Shown: positions 38,847 to 46,362 of the stretch, in pieces
Layout of the letters: every line of letters starts with the position of its first letter
Position numbering within the stretch: position 1 is the first letter of the stretch
Assembly (NCBI GenBank): GCA_023384355.1
Contig: JAHDWL010000002.1
Span: forward strand, 159,667 to 223,666
Direction: 5' to 3'
DNA from: Anaerolineae bacterium
GTDB lineage: Bacteria; Chloroflexota; Anaerolineae; Promineifilales; Promineifilaceae
Length of the DNA: 64,000 nucleotides
The notes under the pieces: generated by a model
Told to the model about the DNA's origin: nothing
Databases searched by the model: none
Seen by the model: only the letters and a program-made list of their open reading frames with translations
Program-made: the position numbers and the translations under genes

Positions 38847-40007
38847 ATGTCTTCAAAGCGCGACTACTACGAAGTTCTGGGCGTATCCCGGACGGCGACC
38901 AAAGAGGAACTGAAAAAGCAGTACCGAAATCTCGCGCGTCAGTATCATCCCGACGTGAACGACGAACCCGATGCAGGGGAGCGGTTCAAGGAGATCGGCG
39001 AGGCCTACGAGGTGTTGTCCGATGATGACAAACGGGCCGCCTACGATCGCTTCGGGCACGCGGGTGTCGGCAACGGCGGATACTCCGGTGGGTTTGACCA
39101 GGGATTCGGGGGCTTTGCCGACATCTTTGAAGAGTTCTTCGGGACGTTTGGCGGGGCGGGCAATAGCCGTCGCCGGCGACGCGGACCACGTCGTGGCCCC
39201 GATCTGCGCTACGATCTGACGATCTCTTTCGAGGAAGCGATCTTCGGTGGCGAGCGGGAGATCGAATTTCGCCGGGCGGAGATGTGCCCCGTTTGCAGCG
39301 GAAGCGGCGCGGAACCGGGCACGCGGCCGATCACCTGCACGACATGCAACGGCTCCGGCGAGGTCCGGCGCGTGCAGCAGTCGATCCTCGGCCAGTTTGT
39401 CAACGTTACCACCTGCACCACCTGCAACGGCACCGGCGAGCTCATTCCAAACGTTTGCCGCGAGTGCAACGGTCGCAAGCAGGTCGAGCGGACGGTCACC
39501 AAAAAGGTAAAAATCCCCGCGGGCGTCGACAGCGACACGCAGATACGTCTAACCGGCGAGGGTGGGGCGGGGCTCGACGGCGGACCGCCGGGCAATCTGT
39601 TTGTCGTGCTGAACGTGGCGCAACATGAATTCTTCCAGCGCCGTGGCGATGATATCGTGCTCGATCTTCAGATTAACGTCGCGCAGGCTGCCCTTGGTGA
39701 TGAGATCACAGTACCGACGGTCGACGGCGATATGCCGCTGCAAATTCCGGGCGGCACGCAATCGGGGCGGGTGTTCCGCATGCGTGGCCTGGGTGTGCCC
39801 AAATTGGATCGCAGCGGGCGTGGCGCGAACGTCGGTCGGGGCGATCAGCTCGTTATCATCAATGTTTTCATTCCCAAGCATCTGTCGGCTGACCAGCAGG
39901 CGCTCTTTAAGGAACTGTCGCGTACGCTGGGTAAGGAAGTTGTTCCCCAAAAGGACAAGGGCATCCTGAGTCAATTAAAGGACGCCCTCGGCGATTTGTT
40001 TGGTTAA
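38847..40007 (+). CDS. dnaJ: Chaperone DnaJ
   Basis: J-domain YHPD, G/F region, four CxxCxGxG-type repeats, C-terminal domains. Confidence 0.98.
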   Translation: MSSKRDYYEVLGVSRTATKEELKKQYRNLARQYHPDVNDEPDAGERFKEIGEAYEVLSDDDKRAAYDRFGHAGVGNGGYSGGFDQGFGGFADIFEEFFGTFGGAGNSRRRRRGPRRGPDLRYDLTISFEEAIFGGEREIEFRRAEMCPVCSGSGAEPGTRPITCTTCNGSGEVRRVQQSILGQFVNVTTCTTCNGTGELIPNVCRECNGRKQVERTVTKKVKIPAGVDSDTQIRLTGEGGAGLDGGPPGNLFVVLNVAQHEFFQRRGDDIVLDLQINVAQAALGDEITVPTVDGDMPLQIPGGTQSGRVFRMRGLGVPKLDRSGRGANVGRGDQLVIINVFIPKHLSADQQALFKELSRTLGKEVVPQKDKGILSQLKDALGDLFG

Positions 40008-40428
40008 GACCTGGTGTGTGTGTTATCGGCTCTAACGTAAATAATCCGCCGCGAGGTGCTTGCGAACCGCGCCAATAATCCCGCCTTTACCTGTTTTCAC
40101 TGGGGTCATCCCCTATATCGTTCTCATTCGCGTATTGGATGGGCAGACCCAACCAGTCATAGGCGTCAGCCGGCGCGCGGTTGGCGGACCTGCCGAACTG
40201 GGCCTGTTCGTTTCAACTGCTCGAAAAGGACGCTGGGTGGAAGGTAGACGGCCAGACTGCTTCGGCCATGGAAACCTAACCGCCCACCGACTGGGGATCG
40301 GTGGGCGGCGGGTGACCTGTTCGGGCCAGGAATGAATAGAGAGCCTGTGACGGCAACCTCCCGACGGAGGCCCAAATGACCAAACCGGTCAGTCGGGGCG
40401 TCGCGAGGTCGGTTCAGTGGGTGATGGA

Positions 40429-40983
40429 TTACCGCCCTTCGTGGCTCATCATGTCGATGACCGCGGCGACGGCCAGAATAAGGACATCGTTCTGACCAGG
40501 TTCGATTTCGATACCGTAGCTGTCGGCGATGCGGAACCACTTCTTGGACACCTCGGCCACATGGCCGATTCTATACTCGTGGTCGAGAATATTGCCCTGC
40601 ACTTCCATGTCGCTTGCGCCGGGGATATCGACCGACCAGCGCTCGCGTACCGGCGTGATTAAGGCTTTCTTGACCATCGCTACCCGGTTGCCGTGCGCGT
40701 CCTCGATCTCCATGCTGTCCTTGACGCGTACTTTGCGCTCCTGGATCTTCAACAATTCGTTGCCGTGAGCGTCTTCGAAGATCAGGGTGTCGCGAACGCG
40801 CAACGCCTTGCCGTTGATCTTGTAAACTTTCTGGCCGCTGCCGTTCTCGATCCAGAAATCATCGCCGATGGAGGCGATCTTCTGCCGCATCTGATAGCGG
40901 TGATCGCCGCCGCCGCTATGCCCACCCGGACCGCGGTCTTCCCGGCGGTCCTCACGTCTTTCTTGTCGTCTGCCGAATCCCAT
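40429..40983 (-). CDS. LURP-one-related/scramblase-like (Tubby C-like) family protein
   Basis: YQMRQKIASIGDDFWIE, KALRVRDTL, GNILDHEY, VSKKWFRIADSYGIEI, LILAVAAVID. Confidence 0.8.
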   Translation of the reverse strand: MGFGRRQERREDRREDRGPGGHSGGGDHRYQMRQKIASIGDDFWIENGSGQKVYKINGKALRVRDTLIFEDAHGNELLKIQERKVRVKDSMEIEDAHGNRVAMVKKALITPVRERWSVDIPGASDMEVQGNILDHEYRIGHVAEVSKKWFRIADSYGIEIEPGQNDVLILAVAAVIDMMSHEGR

Positions 40984-41084
40984 AATTTTTTACTCCTGGT
41001 TTACTGGTGGGGTTTCTGGCCTGGTCCGTGACACGGGTTCTCAACCCAAGGGCAGGCAGAAACGCTCTCTGGTTGATAATAAAT

Positions 41085-41927
41085 TTACTCGGCGTTCGCG
41101 GCCAGGGTCTGGGCCAGGTCGTCAAGCGACTCCGAGGCGGCCATGTCGGCTGCCCCGGCGGCCAACTCCGACGCGCCTTCGGCGACCATCCCGCGAACGA
41201 GCTCGTCCGCGGCTACGGCGACACCCACCTCGACAGCGCCGCGCGTCGCCAGGAGGTCGCTGGCCACGGCCAACTCTTCCGCGCGTTGCGCGGCCGCGTC
41301 GGAAGCCATGAGGCGGACTACGCCTTCGTCGACCTCGTTCTCGCCCAGGTCTCCGATCTTCCGGCCGGTGTCCGACATCACCTGCGAGAGCGAGCGTGTG
41401 GCCGCTGCCTGCATGATCACATCCACGGCGACTTTCTTGAGGTGCGCGCCGCGATCGGACAGAAAGACCGTCAGTACGGGCATCTCCAGCGCGTCAGTCA
41501 CATGGCTGACGGCCTCCAGCTCCCCGGCCAAACGGGCTAATTCGAGACCGCGCTCCAAATCACCGTAGCTCATCAAGCCGACGATGGCGCTCATGGTCTC
41601 AACGTCTTCGGAATGGGCGATCAAATCGGCACCCTGGGAGATGTCATCGATGCCCGCTGTCTCGACGATTTCGCTCAATGTGGACAACCGGTCGGCCACC
41701 ACGGCAGCATCGACGGCGCGGGTCAGATCGCTTGCCCCCGCCGCGACGGCCGCCGTGCCGATGGTGAGCACGTCGCCGGCTTCCCGCAAGGTAGTGATCC
41801 CCGCGTTTTCCATTTCCGAGCCTTCAAGGGCCAGGGCTTTGGCATCCTGGTCGGCCTGAATCGCAGCTTCCGCAAGCGTTTGTTTGCTAAGCTCTACAGT
41901 CTCTGAACTTTTGACTATCGTTCCCAT
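41085..41927 (-). CDS. Hypothetical acidic Ala-rich helical protein (280 aa)
   Basis: Clean ORF with RBS AAGGA; no family recognised; degenerate 28-residue periodicity. Confidence 0.7.
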   Translation of the reverse strand: MGTIVKSSETVELSKQTLAEAAIQADQDAKALALEGSEMENAGITTLREAGDVLTIGTAAVAAGASDLTRAVDAAVVADRLSTLSEIVETAGIDDISQGADLIAHSEDVETMSAIVGLMSYGDLERGLELARLAGELEAVSHVTDALEMPVLTVFLSDRGAHLKKVAVDVIMQAAATRSLSQVMSDTGRKIGDLGENEVDEGVVRLMASDAAAQRAEELAVASDLLATRGAVEVGVAVAADELVRGMVAEGASELAAGAADMAASESLDDLAQTLAANAE

Positions 41928-42278
41928 TTTCTTTTTCCTTCGTGGTTAATTGACCATCTGGTGTTAGGACAGAATGGCTTGTCGAAAACATTGAGACGTA
42001 TTCCGATAAAAACCGGAATACGAACTGTCACAATTGTAGAACCTGAAGAAGGTTTGAAACAGCACCAAAAAGGTACATAAATGTTGTACCATCAGGGAAT
42101 TCGTGAACTCCCGAATTAATTATGCCGGCCTTTGGCCAGTGTGGGTTTTGGGTTGATGCCAGCCCACGACAGCAACTCATTGATGCGACGAAAAAAACCA
42201 TCCTGCATGGTTTACACTTGTGCGGTATGTTTTCTGATCCATGGCCCGCGGGTATAATCGCGCTAATCGTTAAGGTTC

Positions 42279-43256
42279 ATGATAGACCCTATGTACTGGC
42301 TCGAAATAAGCGTTAGAACTGACGGAGAGGGAGCCGAGGCCGTGGCGGAGGTGTTGCGACCTTTTGCGTATCAGGACAGTGTTGTCCTGGAGCAGCTCGG
42401 TGACGAGACGACAGTTGACCCCGACGCTCTGGAATCGGTGGTGACTGTCAAGATATATGTGCCCGAAGAGGAGGACTCACCCGCACTTCGTCGCCGCGTT
42501 GAGGAGATCCTTTATCACATGGGCCGGCTTTACCCCATCCCGGAACCTGTTTTCAGGGAGTTGGCCGACGAGGATTGGGCCAACGCCTGGAAGGATCATT
42601 ACCGCCCGTTCCGGCTTGGGACGCATTTGAAAATCTGGCCCACGTGGCTGCCGCGCGAATCGGATGAAGACGCGCAGCCAGATGATATCGTGCTGGTGCT
42701 CGACCCGGGCATGGCATTTGGCACAGGTCTGCATCCAACGACGCAGGGCTGTTTACGCGCTCTGGAAGAGATCGTCCAGCCAGGTATGAGCGTACTGGAT
42801 GCCGGTACCGGCTCGGGGATTCTGGCGATCGCCGCGGCGAAACTGGGGGCGACCGAAGTAGCCGCGTTCGACACAGACTCCCTGGCGGTTCGTGCCACCC
42901 TTGACAACGCGGCCCAGAATGGTGTGGAACAGGCGATCCATGTCTGGCGCGGGGAACTGGACAGCGTGCACGAAGAGAGCGCGCGGCGACAATGGGATGT
43001 TGTCGTTGCCAATATCCTCGCGCCGGTGATTATTCAATTGCTGAATGACAGCGGATTGTTGACTTATGTCGCGACCGCCGGTCGGTTGATCCTGAGCGGT
43101 ATTATCCTGGAGCAGGGGTCGGCCGTTGAGGAGGCGATCCAGGCCGTCGGTGGCCAAGTGGAACGAACCATCACCGCTGGGGATTGGGTGACCTATGTAG
43201 CCGGCCATCGCCGAACGAACGACCGGCCACCAAGTCAACCATTACGAAGGGGATGA
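42279..43256 (+). CDS. prmA: Ribosomal protein L11 methyltransferase
   Basis: DWANAWKDHY, LDPGMAFGTGLHPTT, VLDAGTGSGILAI, VVANILA, LILSGII. Confidence 0.95.
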   Translation: MIDPMYWLEISVRTDGEGAEAVAEVLRPFAYQDSVVLEQLGDETTVDPDALESVVTVKIYVPEEEDSPALRRRVEEILYHMGRLYPIPEPVFRELADEDWANAWKDHYRPFRLGTHLKIWPTWLPRESDEDAQPDDIVLVLDPGMAFGTGLHPTTQGCLRALEEIVQPGMSVLDAGTGSGILAIAAAKLGATEVAAFDTDSLAVRATLDNAAQNGVEQAIHVWRGELDSVHEESARRQWDVVVANILAPVIIQLLNDSGLLTYVATAGRLILSGIILEQGSAVEEAIQAVGGQVERTITAGDWVTYVAGHRRTNDRPPSQPLRRG

Positions 43257-43275
43257 TCCCCGGGCAAAAAGAGGC

Positions 43276-43524
43276 TTACGCTTCGGCCGCAGCCTGGACA
43301 TTGCGGCGATAACGGTAGGTGATGCGGCCGCGTTCCAGGTCGTAGGGTGTCATTTCCACACGCACGCGGTCGCCCAGCAAAATGCGTATGTAATGCTTGC
43401 GCATACGACCGGACAAGTACGACAACACCTTGTGCCCGTTGTCCAGCTCAACCATAAACTGCGTATTCGGTAACAATTCGATGACCGTGCCTTCAACCTC
43501 TAACTTATCTTCCTTATTAGCCAT
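43276..43524 (-). CDS. infA: Translation initiation factor IF-1
   Basis: [17 protein letters not shown]...[34 protein letters not shown]. Confidence 0.97.
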   Translation of the reverse strand: MANKEDKLEVEGTVIELLPNTQFMVELDNGHKVLSYLSGRMRKHYIRILLGDRVRVEMTPYDLERGRITYRYRRNVQAAAEA

Positions 43525-43542
43525 AAACTCCTGAAATAACTG

Positions 43543-45042
43543 CTAACTCTTGTCCTGGGTGGCGGCTTCGACGGCGTCGCCGGCGGAGTCACTGAAATCT
43601 TCCACGACTGCTTCGACCGCCTCTTCAGCGGAGTCGGTCGCTGAGGAGGCGACTTCATCGATGGACTCGATGGCATCAGCCGCCGATTCCACAGCATCAT
43701 CGGCCGTTTCGGCCACGTTGCCCGCAGTCTCTTCGCCGTTATCGACGACCACCCCGGCGATCTCGCTCACGGTTTCCACGGCAACTTCCTCGGCGGTCGT
43801 CGTTCCGTCGGCCGCCGTGTCCACCGCCTCAGGGACGGCCGATGTGGCTTCTTCAACATGGTGTGCCGATCCACGTGAGGCTTCGACCGCTTCCTCTTCT
43901 TCACGACGCAGCGCTTCAGCCAGCTCTTTCTGCGCCATCCACTCGATCTGTTCGGTCGACGTCACCGCCTTGAGGCTCAGACCGATACGCTGGCGCTTCT
44001 GGTCGATGCTGACCACCCGCAGAAGATGGACTTCGCCTTCCTTTACTACCGCGCGCGGGTCCTCCACCGGATTTCGGGAGAGTTGCGAGATATGCAACAG
44101 CCCTTCGACGCCCGGCTCAATCTCGGCAAACGCGCCATAATCCAGGATGCGCGTGATTTTCCCTTCGACAAGTTGATTTTGCACGTAGCGTTGTGCCACA
44201 GTGTCCCACGGGTTGGGCAGCAGCTTTTTGCGACTCAGGCTGATGCGGCCCGTCTCCTGATCGACGCCGAGGACGATAACCTGGACTTCGTCGCCCAGCT
44301 TGACGACCTCGCGCGGGTGATCGATGCGGTGCCAGGACAGCTCGGAAATGTGGACGAGACCGTCGGCTCCGCCCAAATCGACGAACGCGCCGAAATCGCG
44401 CATGCCGCTAATACGGCCGGTGCGGATTTCACCGGGCTGGAGAATCTCCATTAACTCGCCGCGCTTCTTCTCTTCCCACTCTTTTTGTGCCTCACGCTGT
44501 GACATCACGAGGCGATGGCGCTGGCGGTCGACCTCGATGATCTTGACGCCGATCGTCTCGCCGCGCAGCCGGGCCAATCGTTGCTGGCGGCGACGCTCGC
44601 CCATGCCGGGGGTAACGTCACTGAGGTGGGAGATAGGCACAAAGCCACGAATGCGGCCGTAAGGGACGATAACGCCGCCCTTGTTATAGCCGATCACCTC
44701 GCCTTCGATGATTTGCCCGCTGGCCATCAATGCCTCGGCTTCCGACCAATCCTGATTCAGTCGGGCCAGATGAATGGAAACGACAAGAGCCTCGGGGTCT
44801 TCGGTCTGGACCACGTAGACAGGAACTTCATCGTTCACCTTCAGAGCGTCACGCTCGCCCGGCTCCAGCTTGGCAAGATCGGATTGAGGCACGATCCCGT
44901 CGCGCTTCAGACCCAGATCGATGATAAGTCCTTGCGGTGTGTTGGCCACAATCACGCCCATGCGAATATCGCCCTCGGAGGGCATATCATAGTCGTGCTG
45001 GTCCAGCAGATCTTCCAGTGAGTTCATCGATTCGTCAGACAT
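43543..45042 (-). CDS. rpsA: 30S ribosomal protein S1-like protein (4 S1 domains + acidic tail)
   Basis: Four S1 repeats (GAFVDLGGADGLVHISELSW, GAFAEIEPGVEGLLHISQLS, etc.), then about 125 aa of low-complexity Ala/Glu/Asp/Ser tail. Confidence 0.88.
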   Translation of the reverse strand: MSDESMNSLEDLLDQHDYDMPSEGDIRMGVIVANTPQGLIIDLGLKRDGIVPQSDLAKLEPGERDALKVNDEVPVYVVQTEDPEALVVSIHLARLNQDWSEAEALMASGQIIEGEVIGYNKGGVIVPYGRIRGFVPISHLSDVTPGMGERRRQQRLARLRGETIGVKIIEVDRQRHRLVMSQREAQKEWEEKKRGELMEILQPGEIRTGRISGMRDFGAFVDLGGADGLVHISELSWHRIDHPREVVKLGDEVQVIVLGVDQETGRISLSRKKLLPNPWDTVAQRYVQNQLVEGKITRILDYGAFAEIEPGVEGLLHISQLSRNPVEDPRAVVKEGEVHLLRVVSIDQKRQRIGLSLKAVTSTEQIEWMAQKELAEALRREEEEAVEASRGSAHHVEEATSAVPEAVDTAADGTTTAEEVAVETVSEIAGVVVDNGEETAGNVAETADDAVESAADAIESIDEVASSATDSAEEAVEAVVEDFSDSAGDAVEAATQDKS

Positions 45043-45324
45043 ACACTCGTCCTAACAGCGGCTTATGTTTTATGGGTAGCAAGTCCTGTAATAAAAAACT
45101 CGGTCCATATGCGGCGAATAAATCGCAGCAGACGGCCGAGTTCACGACGCAAAAAGCACTGGTCAAGTGCTATCGCGGTCAATTCAGGGTGATTGGCCAT
45201 ACCCTGAGCGATACGCTCATCCTGGTCATAATTGGGAAACCTCCAGAGTTACGCACGAGTCGCTTCTTCCGGTTTCGGCAATCGCTCCAAGCCGCCCAAC
45301 CCTTACCCACTCAGCCAACTCCCG

Positions 45325-45352
45325 ATTATACCATCACAGACGGCTATGTCAA
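45325..45352 (-). promoter_or_regulatory. Consensus sigma70 promoter upstream of the rpsA leader
   Basis: Minus strand TTGACA-16 nt-TATAAT. Confidence 0.75.
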
Positions 45353-46224
45353 TCCGCCATCGCCACGGCAAGTCGGTTACGGATTGCCCCAATGCCTTCG
45401 ATGGCACACTCTACAACGTCGCCCGGGCGCAGGAAGACGGGCGGTTTCATGGCAAAGCCGACGCCGCTCGGGGTGCCGGTGGCGATGATATCGCCCGGCA
45501 GGAGTGTCATACCACGCGAGAGGTGCTGGATGATGGTGGGGATGTCGAAGGTCATGGTCTCATTGGCGCTGTCCTGGCGCAATTCGCCGTTGACGTGGCA
45601 GGTGATCCGCAGGGCGTATGGGTCGGGGATTGCGGCGGTCGTCACAATCCACGGCCCCATCGGACAACTGCCGTCGAGACTTTTGCCCTTGAAGAATTGC
45701 TTGTGCGCTGTTTGCAGGTCGCGGGCGGTGATGTCATTGAGCACGGTGTAGCCGAACACGGCCGCCAATGCCTCGTCCCGATCGGCGTTCTTAATCCGCT
45801 TGCCGATGATGACGGCCAGCTCTGCCTCGTAGTCGATCTTCTCCGAGACGGCGGCGTCGAACGGGATATCGTCATAGGGGCCATTGATGCAGGTGGTCGT
45901 CTTGGTGAAGATGACCGGATACTCGATCGCCTCCGCGCTCTCGCCGCGCGCCTCGTAGGATTCACGGGTGTGCTCGGCGTAGTTTTTGCCCACGCACATG
46001 GCATTCCGGCGTGGGGTAGGGATGGGAGCCAGCAGGCGCACTTCGGCTAACGGAATCCCGCCCGTGACTGTGGCGGCGTAAGTCTCGACCTGCTCCAGCC
46101 CCGCATGGCTCAACTCGATCAGGCTGATCATATCCGGCGCGACAGCCGACAGATCGACGACTGTGTTTTCCCGCACCAGGCCGATAGATTGGCGGCCTGC
46201 ATATCGGTAAGTGACAAGTTTCAC
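45349..46224 (-). CDS. Fumarylacetoacetate hydrolase family protein
   Basis: CVGKNYAEH, IDYEAELAVII, GYTVLNDITARD, KGKSLDGSCPMGP, IATGTPSGVG; GTG start after GAGGA. Confidence 0.92.
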   Translation of the reverse strand: MKLVTYRYAGRQSIGLVRENTVVDLSAVAPDMISLIELSHAGLEQVETYAATVTGGIPLAEVRLLAPIPTPRRNAMCVGKNYAEHTRESYEARGESAEAIEYPVIFTKTTTCINGPYDDIPFDAAVSEKIDYEAELAVIIGKRIKNADRDEALAAVFGYTVLNDITARDLQTAHKQFFKGKSLDGSCPMGPWIVTTAAIPDPYALRITCHVNGELRQDSANETMTFDIPTIIQHLSRGMTLLPGDIIATGTPSGVGFAMKPPVFLRPGDVVECAIEGIGAIRNRLAVAMAD

Positions 46225-46321
46225 GACATTCCTCACTGAGTCTTAAAAACAGTTTGTGTGATGGGTATGAGACACCCGGATAATTGTACCTCGTACTTTA
46301 AAACTTTGCTCTATTCGGTGT

Positions 46322-46333
46322 GAACGTATGTTC
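46322..46333. promoter_or_regulatory. LexA (SOS) box-like operator upstream of priA
   Basis: GAAC-GTAT-GTTC (GAAC-RNRY-GTTC) over the -35 position of a TACAAT (46351-56) promoter. Confidence 0.65.
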
Positions 46334-46362
46334 TGATTTGACGATTGGGATACAATACAGGC

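Noticed and set aside
40056-40540. Short ORFs (63-124 aa) after dnaJ
   Set aside because: No RBS, atypical composition, mutually overlapping; not called as genes.
45167-46050. Plus-strand ORFs of 194 and 272 aa
   Set aside because: Antisense to the FAH-family gene and the rpsA leader; no motifs.
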